Below, piece by piece: positions 53,176 to 62,665 of a stretch of DNA of 64,000 nucleotides (the first letter of the stretch is position 1; each line of letters begins with the position of its first letter). Position numbers and translations under genes: made by a program. Below the pieces are notes generated by a model that saw nothing but the letters and a program-made list of their open reading frames with translations, was not told the origin of the DNA and searched no databases. The DNA is from Candidatus Multivorans sp. (lineage in GTDB: Bacteria > Acidobacteriota > Thermoanaerobaculia > Multivoradales > Multivoraceae), in NCBI GenBank assembly GCA_965247095.1, contig OZ251997.1:736001-800000 (forward strand). The letters run 5' to 3'.

Positions 53176-53652
53176 TCAGGCGATGCCGAAGAAGGAGCGG
53201 GCGCGCTCCAGCACGCCCGCGTCGACCTCGTCGTAGCCATGGTCGAGAGCGAACTTCTCGATTCCGGCGACCGCCGAAGTGCGCACGATGTCGGGGATGT
53301 TCGCCAGCCGTTCGCGGGCCTCGGCGGTCCAGGGGATGCCTCCCGATTCACCGTTGCCGGTAACGCTTGGGCTGCCAACTTCGTCTTCGGACTGGGTAGT
53401 CGGCATGCCCATCTCGGCCAGCATGCCGGTAAAGGGACACTTCGAGGATGTCGCCCCGGCCTCCGTGCCGGTCTCGGGGCCGATCCGCACGCCGAGGGCG
53501 CCGACCACCTGGGTCTCGTGGGGATTGGTCATCATCGCCATCTCGGCAGAGCAGGTGGGACAGGCATAGACCAGGGCGACGGAACCGCCATCGGGGCCCA
53601 GGGCGTGCTTCAGCTTCATCTGCTCGTCGCAGGGTACGCAGAGGAATTTCAT
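53176..53652 (-). CDS. Small Cys-rich protein (CxxC/CxxC, CPF) with PCP_red-like domain
   Basis: MKFLCVPCD...CPTC...NP.ETQ.V, KCPF, WT.EA..RL..IP..VR......IE..A...G; AAGGA RBS. Confidence 0.8.
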   Translation of the reverse strand: MKFLCVPCDEQMKLKHALGPDGGSVALVYACPTCSAEMAMMTNPHETQVVGALGVRIGPETGTEAGATSSKCPFTGMLAEMGMPTTQSEDEVGSPSVTGNGESGGIPWTAEARERLANIPDIVRTSAVAGIEKFALDHGYDEVDAGVLERARSFFGIA

Positions 53653-53674
53653 CCTTGGTCTCAGTCGGCGGAAA

Positions 53675-54547
53675 TCAGGTCGTCTTGGCGAGGCAGTTCA
53701 GGATCGAAGCCGCGGCCTCGTCGATCGCGCGGAGGACCGGTCCTGGGGCCAAGTCCGCTTCACCGGCATCGGAGGCCGCAGCCAGTCGCGGGTCGAACGG
53801 TACCTTAGCCAGGCAGGGGAGTCCAAGCGCGGGCGCTTCGCCGGCCGCGCCATCGAACAGGGGGCGGACCCCGTCGCAGGTTCCGCAGTAGTAGCCGCTC
53901 ATGTTTTCGATGTACCCGAGCACCTCGTTCGGCGTCGTGCCGAGCGCCGCCGCCGAGCGCGCAACGACCCCGCGTGCCAGCGCGGCAGGAATCGTGACGA
54001 GCACGAAGCGCGCGGCCGGTCCAAGGACCTCGGCGTACTGCAGGGTACGCTCGGCGCCGGGCGGCAGGTCGACCAGGAGAAAATCGAGACGACCCCAGTC
54101 CACCAGGCCGAGCAACTGCTGGAACAGGTTGAACTCGCGGGTTGCGCGCCAGACGTGGGAGTCGCCCTTCGCGACGCTCTCGAACTCGAGGTGCTCCGAT
54201 TCGGGCACCATGGAGCCCACCGACACCACTCCGAGGCCATGAGGCGTGCGGGGCAGGGCCATGCCCCGATCGCCAGGCAGCAGCGGAACGTGTTCCAGTC
54301 CGGCCAGCCGGGCCTGGCAGGGTCCGTTCAGGTCGGCATCGAGGATCGCGCATTGGAGTCCCGCGCGCCCGAGCGCCAGAGCGAGCTGCATGGTCAGGGT
54401 GCTCTTGCCGACGCCTCCCTTGCCCGAACCGATGGCGACCACATGGTCGATGCCGGCCGTGGCCTCGGCGATGCGCTCCCGCTGCTGGAGAACCTGCCCG
54501 AGAACGTCGGAACCGCCGTCTCCGGCGACGTCGAAGTAGGTCCTCAT
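53675..54547 (-). CDS. Mrp/NBP35 (ApbC) P-loop ATPase, Fe-S carrier
   Basis: SGKGGVGKST, LDADLNGP, W..LD.L.VDLPPG, ENMS.Y.C..C, PFDP. Confidence 0.88.
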   Translation of the reverse strand: MRTYFDVAGDGGSDVLGQVLQQRERIAEATAGIDHVVAIGSGKGGVGKSTLTMQLALALGRAGLQCAILDADLNGPCQARLAGLEHVPLLPGDRGMALPRTPHGLGVVSVGSMVPESEHLEFESVAKGDSHVWRATREFNLFQQLLGLVDWGRLDFLLVDLPPGAERTLQYAEVLGPAARFVLVTIPAALARGVVARSAAALGTTPNEVLGYIENMSGYYCGTCDGVRPLFDGAAGEAPALGLPCLAKVPFDPRLAAASDAGEADLAPGPVLRAIDEAAASILNCLAKTT

Positions 54548-55392
54548 GGCCGGCGGACGCGGTCGAGAAGGCCGGTTCGTCTCGCCAAAGAGCTTGCCTC
54601 GGCGCGCAGCCGCCCACGGAGGTCGAGTTCCGGAAAGGCGGCGCGCTGAAAGATGAGCCCATCGTTCACGATCCAGGGGCGGCTGCGACCGAAGGCGTGA
54701 CGATGTCTCTTCATGTAGACGAGTTCGAAACCGTTCTTCGCAAGCAGGCCGACCAGCTCCAGAGGACGGATACCAAACTGCCAGTACCAATGGTTGTCCC
54801 GCTCCAGCCGTCCGTCCTCGTCGCGGTGGTCATGCTTGTCAAACCACGCCTCCAGCCTGGCGCGCGTGTTCCAATGGTCTTCCCAAACGTAGACATTCTT
54901 GTAGTACCAGTCCAGGCCGCGATCGACAAACCGTATGGTCCGTGCAGTCTTCAACCAGTTCTGATTGAAGACAATCAGAACGTCGGTATGCGGCAGCCAG
55001 TTCAGCAGGAACCTGTCCCAGTCCGGCTTGACCTGATGCAGCAGGATGTCGTACATGATGAGGGCATCGACCTCACCTACCGCGTCGAGCGCCTGCTGTG
55101 AGCCGAGCATCGCCTCGACGAGCTCCACTCTGGGATGTTCCTTCGCGCGCTCCTGGGTCAGAGGAGTCAGGTTGCCGTCGACGATCACCGCTCTCCCGAG
55201 CTCGTTTCCGCAGAGTTCGGCGGCGTGGAACGTGTAGGCGCCGTCGACGCCCCAGCAGGCGCCAAGGTCGGCGAAGGACCGGAAGTCGGTGAGCTCGTAG
55301 GCCGTCTCGAGCAGCTCGAGTTTCTCCGGTTTTGGCTGAACCTCGGACTGCGCTCCGACTGGCATTTCTTCGGAGCTGAGGCGGGCGAACAT
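54544..55392 (-). CDS. Hypothetical protein, possible class I SAM methyltransferase fold
   Basis: ADLGACWG motif I-like, D...YD.LLH; stop overlaps the mrp start; more AT-rich than neighbours. Confidence 0.55.
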   Translation of the reverse strand: MFARLSSEEMPVGAQSEVQPKPEKLELLETAYELTDFRSFADLGACWGVDGAYTFHAAELCGNELGRAVIVDGNLTPLTQERAKEHPRVELVEAMLGSQQALDAVGEVDALIMYDILLHQVKPDWDRFLLNWLPHTDVLIVFNQNWLKTARTIRFVDRGLDWYYKNVYVWEDHWNTRARLEAWFDKHDHRDEDGRLERDNHWYWQFGIRPLELVGLLAKNGFELVYMKRHRHAFGRSRPWIVNDGLIFQRAAFPELDLRGRLRAEASSLARRTGLLDRVRRP

Positions 55393-55428
55393 GGGGGCAG
55401 CCTAACAGGGGGAGGCGACGCTAGCTGG

Positions 55429-56358
55429 TCACGACCGAGCGGCGTCACTTTCGTATCGAAGGGTCTTCCGCGCCGCCTGGAAGCCGCAGTCTTCGAGCCG
55501 ATCCGCCAGTGGTTCGCGGCGGTGCACCCGCGGCAGGTAGAGCGGTCGTTTGCAATCGTTGGCGGCGAAGGCGAGGAGCGGCCCAAGAAGAGCCGGCACC
55601 GGCCGCTTGCCGCCGATCGCGAGGATCTCGCAGGGTGTGGAGCCGGCGGGCAGGCCGGCGGCCGATCTGGAAACCGGCGGCCGGGCGATGAACGGCAGGG
55701 GGTCGTCGGCGTCCTGGGCGCTTCGATAGAGGAGATAGGCCTCGAAGCCGCGGTCGGTGGCGATGCCGACGCCCAGTGCTCGCTCGCGCAGGTTGCGGAT
55801 CGTCTGGGCGGAGCGCTGCCAGCAACGATTCAGTTCCGAGGCATCGGCGAACTCGGCACTGGCTGTGATCTCCGACGGGGCAACAGTCCCGACCAGGTCG
55901 AGGAAGGGGCCGGCCGCGGGCCTCGCGGACTGCTGGATGTAGTCGATGAGGGTTTCTGCTTCGGCGAAACCGCAGGCCCTGAGGAAACGGTGGGCGGCAA
56001 CGGCCTCCGCCGGGACTTCGACGAGCATGCGGGTCGGCTCGAGGATCGCCATCTTCTGGCTGAGCGAAGTCATCATGTGGCGGGCATGGCCCTGCCGGCG
56101 GTGGTCCGGGTGGACCGCAACGTGGAGCACGAGGCTGGCCGTGGGCTCTCGCTTCGCCGCGATCAGCACGCCGATCGGGTCGCTGCCCGCGAACGCGACC
56201 ATGCAACTGCTGGTCCAGAGGTTGATCTCCCTGGAGAGCCGCTTCATGTGGTCGACTGTGAGCCGCCACGGGACGGCGCCGGGTCCCACGTTGCAGCGGT
56301 GGAACGCCTCGACGATCAGGGGCACGTCGTCAGAGCGGCAGAAGCGGTACGCAGGCAC
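55429..56358 (-). CDS. GNAT family N-acetyltransferase
   Basis: VAVHPDHRRQGHA acetyl-CoA binding motif, LEV...A..F...CGF-like segment; start uncertain. Confidence 0.75.
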   Translation of the reverse strand: MPAYRFCRSDDVPLIVEAFHRCNVGPGAVPWRLTVDHMKRLSREINLWTSSCMVAFAGSDPIGVLIAAKREPTASLVLHVAVHPDHRRQGHARHMMTSLSQKMAILEPTRMLVEVPAEAVAAHRFLRACGFAEAETLIDYIQQSARPAAGPFLDLVGTVAPSEITASAEFADASELNRCWQRSAQTIRNLRERALGVGIATDRGFEAYLLYRSAQDADDPLPFIARPPVSRSAAGLPAGSTPCEILAIGGKRPVPALLGPLLAFAANDCKRPLYLPRVHRREPLADRLEDCGFQAARKTLRYESDAARS

Positions 56359-56362
56359 CGGC

Positions 56363-57733
56363 CTACTCGGTCCGCGGGCCGGCAGGCGCCCCAAGCGCGG
56401 CCGGAGCGGGGGGCGCGCCGGTCGGCGCCTGCTCCGGCAGGCGCAGCAGCGCGAGGATCAGCATGGCGGAAACGTACATGGAGATGAAGACGGTGAAGGC
56501 GAGGTCGTAGCTCCCGAAGCGGTCGAAGACGTACCCCGCGAAGGGTACGCCGAGGATCTGGATCGGCAGAAGCATCGGGCTCATCAGACCCATGACCCGG
56601 CCGAACGATCGCCGTCCGAAGCAGGCGCCGATCAGCGTCCCCCAGAGGGGCATCATCCCGCCCATGCCGAGTCCGAAAACCGCCGCGGCGCCGATCAAGG
56701 CCGGGTAACTCTCGGCCCGGAGCAGGGCCGTTGTGCCGGTGGTCTGCAGACCGATCGCCAGCCACAACGCGCCGCGGCTGCTCAAACGATCGCCGATCCA
56801 ACCGAACACGACCTTGCCCAGCACGCCCATCGCGGCGATGGCGGAGAGGCTGAAAGCGGCCCGGATCGGTGCGAAACCCAGGTCCGTGGCGTGGGCGATG
56901 ATGTGGGTGAGAATCGCCGAGTTGGAGCAGAAGTTCATCGACACCACCAGGGCGATGACCCAGAAGTTGCGGTTGGCGAGGGGCTCGACCCAGTCGAGGC
57001 GCCGGCGCCTCGGCGGCGCGCCGGCGAACGTCGGGGCCGGCGCGACCGGTTCGACTCCGGCCGGGCCTTCACCCGGGGCAGGGGTCGGGGTCCATTCCGG
57101 CGCCATGGAGGTCGCGTCTCCGTCGGGGTGCAGGCCGATGTCCTCCGGCCGGTCGACGACCCAGCGGCGCACCGCCGGCAGCACGAACAGCAGGGTCAGC
57201 GCGCCGTAGAGCACGAACGTGCCACGCCAGCCGATCAGCCCGATCAGCCGGGTGGCGACGGGCGCCATGACGACGCCGGACAGGGAGATGCCCATCGTGG
57301 CTATGCCCAGAGCCATGGAGCGCCGGCGAACGAACCAATTGGCGACCAGGGTCGACGCGGTCACGCCTCCGACCAGGGCGGCCCCCAGGGCCAGGAAGGT
57401 GCCGAGGACGAGGTAGAACTGGACCAGGTTCTGGACCGTGGCGGTCAGCAGGAGTCCGGTCGCCAGCAGCCAGACGCCGGCCGTCATCGTCCGCTTGGCG
57501 TGGCCGTGGTCCAGGGCGTGCCCCAGGAAGGGCGCGACCAGGCCGTTGGTGATGCCGAAGACGGCGAGGCCGATGCCGACGCCCGTTCGCCCGCCGCCGA
57601 ACTCGGCTGTCAGGGCGACGAAGAAGACGCCGAAGGAGTAGAAGCCGAAGCCGACCGAGACGAAGAGCGACAGGAAGCAGACGCCGATGATCTTCCAGCC
57701 GTGGAAGACCGCGCTGGCGGGAGGGGGCCGCAA
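56363..57733 (-). CDS. MFS transporter (OFA/monocarboxylate-like)
   Basis: FHGW.I, NWF.RRR..ALGI, P...GL.PDG, GWIGDR, FG...FG...G, 12 TM pattern. Confidence 0.88.
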   Translation of the reverse strand: MRPPPASAVFHGWKIIGVCFLSLFVSVGFGFYSFGVFFVALTAEFGGGRTGVGIGLAVFGITNGLVAPFLGHALDHGHAKRTMTAGVWLLATGLLLTATVQNLVQFYLVLGTFLALGAALVGGVTASTLVANWFVRRRSMALGIATMGISLSGVVMAPVATRLIGLIGWRGTFVLYGALTLLFVLPAVRRWVVDRPEDIGLHPDGDATSMAPEWTPTPAPGEGPAGVEPVAPAPTFAGAPPRRRRLDWVEPLANRNFWVIALVVSMNFCSNSAILTHIIAHATDLGFAPIRAAFSLSAIAAMGVLGKVVFGWIGDRLSSRGALWLAIGLQTTGTTALLRAESYPALIGAAAVFGLGMGGMMPLWGTLIGACFGRRSFGRVMGLMSPMLLPIQILGVPFAGYVFDRFGSYDLAFTVFISMYVSAMLILALLRLPEQAPTGAPPAPAALGAPAGPRTE

Positions 57734-57767
57734 GCTGCTAAGCCAGCAGGTCGTCCAGCCTGAGAAC

Positions 57768-59933
57768 TCAGGCTTCCGGTTCGCCGGCCTTGCGCTTCTC
57801 GTCGAGTGCCGACATCAGGCCGACCTCGTTCAGGTACGTGCCGGCCTTCGCGTCCTTGGCCGCCTCGACCTGTGCCTTGCTCGCGCCGGCTTCGGCGAGA
57901 GCGGAGAAGGGACACCGTCCGGCGGCTGTCGCGGCCTTCGTCTCGGCATCGGCGACCTCGGTCGCCTGGGTCCCTTCGCCCTTGCCGATCTCGTAGGCCG
58001 CGATCATCTGCTCCATCAGTTCGTGGCCCAGTTCGATGCCCTCTTCGACGGTCTTGATCCCGATCCGCGAGATGTGCTTCTCGCGGGCCACCAGCTCGAC
58101 GCGCTCCTGGGTCCGGTCCCGCATGAAGCCGGCGGGCACCCGGAGAATGCGGGAGGTGGCGTCGGCCGTCCACTCGTAGCTCGAGAGCAGCGGCACCCGA
58201 TCGCCGTCGCGGGCGATCAGCTTCCGCTCGTCGGATGCCGCTTCGGTGGCGCCGTTGTCGTTCGTTGCGGCCGCCTGCTCACGGGCCTCGATCGTCACCG
58301 GCTCGCCGGTCTCGTCCTCGATCTGCGCGCGGGCGAACTCGAAGGTGACGGTCGGCAGCTTGCTCATCCGCGCCTTCTTCTCGATCCGGGCCTTGGCGCG
58401 ACGGCGCCGGTACAGGTCCTCGATCGTCTTGAGGGCCAGACGGGCGTCCGCGGTCCACTTCAGCTTGCGGCCGTCGTAGGTCATCTCGACTTCCAGACCG
58501 CCTTCCATCTCGGCGATCCGTTCGAGCATCTCCTCGGTGATCTGCTCGAAGGACTTAGCTCCGCAGACGCCGCAGCGGACCGGATCCGGCTCGGCCGAGG
58601 TCACGCCGCACTTGCGGCAGATGAAGGTGGGCCGGCTGCGCGCGAGCTGCAGGCCGACCTGCTCGGCCAGCGCCTCCGTCTCGCGAGCGGTGTACTTGGG
58701 CATGTAGCGGTCCATCGCCTCGTCCAGCACGTCGCTCGAGATCACGCTGTGGCCCTGCTCGACCGCCAGCCGGTAGAGCGCGGTGCGGGCGATGCCGCGC
58801 ACCTGCTCGGGGACGCGCTTGAAACGCTCCTCGGCCTCGGGCGTCCAGCGGATGCTCTCCTCGGCCTTCACGTCGAGTTCCGGGTACTCGAGACGCGTGG
58901 TCAGCAGGAGGTCGCAGGGGCAGGAGCGGAGAAGGTTCTCGGCGTTGCTGCCGAGGCCGGTCTCGTTCTCGTCGCTGTGGACGCCGATGCGGCCGATGAC
59001 CAACATCCAGGGATCGATCTTGCGGGCGTGGTCGAGGACCTTCTGGAACGCTTTGCCGTCGAGCAGGGTCTTCGTCAACTCGACCCCGACCTCGGTCGCC
59101 ATCGTCTCGGCGACGTCCAGGTGGGACTGGTAGATCTGCGCCAGGCCGGTATCGATGATCTCTTCGTGGAGCTGGTTCTGCTCCTCGAAGCGGAAGACCT
59201 TCGCGGCCCGCTCGGTCAGCACGTTGACCACGCCCTTGAACACCGAGTAGTGCAGGTACGGGTCGTAGACCGAGATCGCCTCGACCTTCTTGCCGAACCG
59301 CTCGGCCAGGTCGATGGCGGTCATCAGAGCGCCGAAGGACTGGGGCGAGCCGTCGACGCCGACCAGGATCGTGTCGCGGCCGTCGGCCTCGGCTTCTGCG
59401 TGGTTGCCGTTGCCGTTGCCGTTGCTCCCCGAAACTCGGGCCGGCAGGCGCTTGATCACCAGCACGTCCTTGTCGGCGCTGCGGGCCACCCGCTCGCAGA
59501 CCGAGCCGATCTGCGTGTCGCGGACGCGGCCGATGCCCATCACGCCGAGCACCGTCAGGTCGTAGCCGGACTCGCGGATGTCGCGCACGATCTCGACGTG
59601 GTGCTTGCCGTCCATCATCTTCGGCTCGAACTCGAGGTCGGCTTCGTCGCAGACGGCCTTCATCGGCTCGAGGTAGCTCTCCGAGATGAGCTCCAGCCCC
59701 ATCGTGATCAGGGAGTCGTGGATCTTCCGCTGGCGGTCGAGTTCCGTCTCCTCGAGGTACTCCTCGGGCAGCGTGTACTCCATCTGCTTGAAGCGGTAGT
59801 CGTGCATGCTCGCCGCGTAGACGTGGCAGCCGACCATCCTGGAGTCGAACTTCCGGCCCAGTTCGACCGCGGAGGCGATTGCCTGGTTGGAGTAGTCCGA
59901 GTTGTCGAGCGGGACGTAGATCGTCTTGTACAT
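57768..59933 (-). CDS. Multidomain universal stress protein: 2x USP + 3x PCP_red-like + rubredoxin-like CxxC/CxxC + CPF
   Basis: MYKTIYVPLDNS and ILVGVDGS USP starts, IGSVCERV / LGSNAENL; three WT.(E/D)A repeats; CRKCG...CGVCG; RCPF. Confidence 0.85.
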   Translation of the reverse strand: MYKTIYVPLDNSDYSNQAIASAVELGRKFDSRMVGCHVYAASMHDYRFKQMEYTLPEEYLEETELDRQRKIHDSLITMGLELISESYLEPMKAVCDEADLEFEPKMMDGKHHVEIVRDIRESGYDLTVLGVMGIGRVRDTQIGSVCERVARSADKDVLVIKRLPARVSGSNGNGNGNHAEAEADGRDTILVGVDGSPQSFGALMTAIDLAERFGKKVEAISVYDPYLHYSVFKGVVNVLTERAAKVFRFEEQNQLHEEIIDTGLAQIYQSHLDVAETMATEVGVELTKTLLDGKAFQKVLDHARKIDPWMLVIGRIGVHSDENETGLGSNAENLLRSCPCDLLLTTRLEYPELDVKAEESIRWTPEAEERFKRVPEQVRGIARTALYRLAVEQGHSVISSDVLDEAMDRYMPKYTARETEALAEQVGLQLARSRPTFICRKCGVTSAEPDPVRCGVCGAKSFEQITEEMLERIAEMEGGLEVEMTYDGRKLKWTADARLALKTIEDLYRRRRAKARIEKKARMSKLPTVTFEFARAQIEDETGEPVTIEAREQAAATNDNGATEAASDERKLIARDGDRVPLLSSYEWTADATSRILRVPAGFMRDRTQERVELVAREKHISRIGIKTVEEGIELGHELMEQMIAAYEIGKGEGTQATEVADAETKAATAAGRCPFSALAEAGASKAQVEAAKDAKAGTYLNEVGLMSALDEKRKAGEPEA

Positions 59934-60004
59934 GGGGTTTCTCTTCTTTTGACGGAGTGTCGGTTCCGAGAGAGGAGGCTATCGATGCCTGAATGGGGCT
60001 GCGG

Positions 60005-61816
60005 TCAGACGGCGGGGGCCTCGGTACCCGCGAGGGCGGTCTCCTCGCCGGCCGATGCCTGGTTCGCGCGGCGGCGGACCAGGAACACGACGAGCAATTC
60101 GATCACGAGCACGATGAAGGCGGCGCGCAGCACCGGGATGGTCGCTGCCTGCTTCACGGTGGGTTCGGTGTAGACGTAGAACCAGGACGACACGGCGCGC
60201 TTGTTGCCGCGTTCCCGGTTGAAACCGTCCCAGACGCTGAAGGCGATCGGCGTGTACTGCTGCTCGGCGAAGCTGACGCCGGCGCGTGACGCGCGGCGGC
60301 GCCTATAAGTCACGGTCCACTCGCCCTGGTCGTAGGAGGTCACGGCCTCGACGATATCCGCCTCGGTCGGCTCGACCGCGTCGCTGCCGCGGCCCCGGAA
60401 GGTGTCCGCAACGCCATAGGTCAGGTTGACGAACCAGAGGTCGACCGGGTTCGAGCTGTCGCCGAACAGGAAGTACGGCTTGAGCTGGGGCGTCTTCTCG
60501 GGCGCGAGCGAGGCCGGGAACTGGAGCGCCACCGCATCCGAGAACTCGGCGCCGTCGCCGCCGGTATCGCCGCCACCGCCGAAGAAGTCGTCGTCCGTGC
60601 CGAAGAAGTCGTCGGCGCTGTCGTCGACGGTCTCGACGCCGAAGAACCCGGCATCGTCCTCGGGCGCCACCTCTTCGATGCCGAAGAAGCCTGCGTCGTC
60701 CTCGGGCTCCTCCTCGACGCCGAAGAAGCCGCCGTCTTCGCCTCCGTCACTGTCTCCCGAGTCGATGTCGTTGTCCTCGTCCCACATCGGTACGTCCAGC
60801 GAGGGGTTGTTCCTGCCGGTGTTGTCGGCGCGCAGGTCGTTCCAGCGCACCCGGAAGGCGATCTCGCCGCGGTTGTAGACGGCCTGAGCCTCGATCGAGG
60901 TCACGGACGGATAGAAGTTGCGACCCGGTTCGGTGATCTGGCCGACCAGGGGGAAGCGGGTCATCGGCGCGGTCTCGAACAGGGCGTCGAGCGCTTCCGC
61001 GTCCTGCAGGTCGATCGCCTCCTCGGTCCATGCGGCGGTGATCAGGGTGCCGTAGCCGGGGTCGTCGCCGTCGCCCAGGGAGTACACGTAGTTCACCAGG
61101 TGCTGCCGGTCCTCTTCTTCCAGCGAGTCGGCGTACGACGGCATCGGGGTGCCGTTCAGCCCGGTGGAGAAGGTGCGGTAGATGTCCTCCTTGGTCGCGC
61201 CGCCGCGGAAGGTCCAGCGCTGGGTCAGATCGGCGGCCTTGATCAGGTCGTTCTTGTCGTTGACCAGGGTCGGCGCCGAGTTTCCGTCGCCGCGGCCGAC
61301 CTCGCCGTGACAGGCGGCGCAGCCCTGCTCCTCGTACAGCAGCCGGCCGCGGGCGATGGACTCCTCGGTCGACTCGAGCGGCCGGGGGATGTCGATGGGC
61401 TCGCCGTAGCGGTCGGGATTCTCGAAGTCGGGCGAGAAGGACTTGATGTAGTAGATGACGTTCTGGACCTCCGCGTTCGTCAGGTCCGGCCAGCCCGGCA
61501 TCGACGTGTAGGGGAGGCCGGTCTCGATCACGCGGCGCAGGTCGTCGTCCGTGGGAAGCATCCCGTTCGGCGTGGCGCGGAACTTGTACTTGCCGGACGT
61601 GAAGTCGCGCGGCTTGGGCTTGACGCGCAGGGTGGCGTAACCGTTGCCGTCGCCGGCATCGCCGTGGCACTGGCCGCAGTACGTGTCGTAGACCACCTTG
61701 CCGGCCGCCCGCTGTTCCTCGGCGCCGAGGTCGACCTGGGCGGCCAGGGGCGCGACCAGCAGGACGGCGCCGACCCCTACGGCCGGTACGGACGCGAGAA
61801 TGTGACGCACGGACAT
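60005..61816 (-). CDS. Diheme cytochrome c fused to a DOMON-like (ethylbenzene dehydrogenase gamma-type) heme domain, C-terminal TM anchor
   Basis: Signal peptide, CGQCH..G.G.G..PRDFT.G.YKFR, CAACH, GT.MP, F...W.D, SDAVA.QFP, G.W.V...R, AF.VWDG...ERG.K. Confidence 0.85.
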   Translation of the reverse strand: MSVRHILASVPAVGVGAVLLVAPLAAQVDLGAEEQRAAGKVVYDTYCGQCHGDAGDGNGYATLRVKPKPRDFTSGKYKFRATPNGMLPTDDDLRRVIETGLPYTSMPGWPDLTNAEVQNVIYYIKSFSPDFENPDRYGEPIDIPRPLESTEESIARGRLLYEEQGCAACHGEVGRGDGNSAPTLVNDKNDLIKAADLTQRWTFRGGATKEDIYRTFSTGLNGTPMPSYADSLEEEDRQHLVNYVYSLGDGDDPGYGTLITAAWTEEAIDLQDAEALDALFETAPMTRFPLVGQITEPGRNFYPSVTSIEAQAVYNRGEIAFRVRWNDLRADNTGRNNPSLDVPMWDEDNDIDSGDSDGGEDGGFFGVEEEPEDDAGFFGIEEVAPEDDAGFFGVETVDDSADDFFGTDDDFFGGGGDTGGDGAEFSDAVALQFPASLAPEKTPQLKPYFLFGDSSNPVDLWFVNLTYGVADTFRGRGSDAVEPTEADIVEAVTSYDQGEWTVTYRRRRASRAGVSFAEQQYTPIAFSVWDGFNRERGNKRAVSSWFYVYTEPTVKQAATIPVLRAAFIVLVIELLVVFLVRRRANQASAGEETALAGTEAPAV

Positions 61817-62634
61817 CAGTGCTGCCCCAGAGCGCGCGGCTCGTAGCCGTTGAAGTCGTAGATGAACAGGTTGACGTCCCACATCTCCTCGGTGGTGAGA
61901 AACTTCTCCCACGCCGGCATGGCGCTGTCCCAGGGGGTGCCCGCCGCAGGCAGACCGGGTCCGCCCATGGCGATCCGCCAGTGGACGAAGGAGGACTGCA
62001 GGATCGGCAGCGTGCCGACATCGTTGAAGTTGCTGGGCGCCGGGTTCAGGCCGTGGGCGAACATGCCGTCGCCGCCCATGCCGTCGCCGTGGCACCAGAA
62101 GCAGTTCTCGTAGTAGACGCGACGGCCGTTCTCCAGGTGCTCCTCGTACGCCTCCGGGTCGTCTTCGTGAAGGTGGGTGTACGGGTTGTCGGCGGTCGCC
62201 ATGTCGATCGTCTCGTCGTGGACCGTGATCTCCGTTGGCGGCGCCGGATGCACCTCGCGCCCGAATCCGGGCGCCTCGAGCGGTACGTTCATGTCCGCGT
62301 AGACGTTGTAGGCGGCCAGGGCGGGCAGCGCCACGAGTACCGCGGCCAGAAGCGGCCGGCGCCGTGGTTCAAGGATGAGCCGCTTGATCGGTACTGTGGT
62401 CTCGGACAGGCGCTCGCGGCTCGACGAGGCGTAGCAGACCAGAGCGAGCGTCGCGATCCCCAGGTAGATCGTCGCCACCGACTGCGGGATCGGTACGGCG
62501 AAGCCGAACTTGAAGAAGGCCCAGAGCGCGATCCAACTGAAGAGCAGCCAGGCGAGTGTGTTGGCCCGGCGCCAGGCCAGCACGCCGGCGACCGCGGCCA
62601 GGGCAAGAAGAACCGGTAGGTTGAGTCCCATCAT
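61816..62634 (-). CDS. Membrane-anchored monoheme cytochrome c
   Basis: N-terminal TM helices, R..HPAPP, ENCFWCHGD..G.G, WRI..GGPGLP...PW.SAMPAWE. Confidence 0.88.
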   Translation of the reverse strand: MMGLNLPVLLALAAVAGVLAWRRANTLAWLLFSWIALWAFFKFGFAVPIPQSVATIYLGIATLALVCYASSSRERLSETTVPIKRLILEPRRRPLLAAVLVALPALAAYNVYADMNVPLEAPGFGREVHPAPPTEITVHDETIDMATADNPYTHLHEDDPEAYEEHLENGRRVYYENCFWCHGDGMGGDGMFAHGLNPAPSNFNDVGTLPILQSSFVHWRIAMGGPGLPAAGTPWDSAMPAWEKFLTTEEMWDVNLFIYDFNGYEPRALGQH

Positions 62635-62665
62635 GATTGAGTCGGTTCCGTGAAGGTTCGGGGGC

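Noticed and set aside
51784-53652. RiPP cluster with the 158-aa protein as precursor peptide of the rSAM/SPASM enzyme
   Set aside because: No PqqD/RRE domain or peptidase seen; the small protein looks like folded metal-binding and PCP_red domains, and the enzyme resembles NirJ/AhbD. Not fully excluded.
51784-59933. Photosynthesis (bchB/chlB) genes suggested by PCP_red domains
   Set aside because: Only the small C-terminal domain is present; no nitrogenase-like catalytic domain or bch genes.
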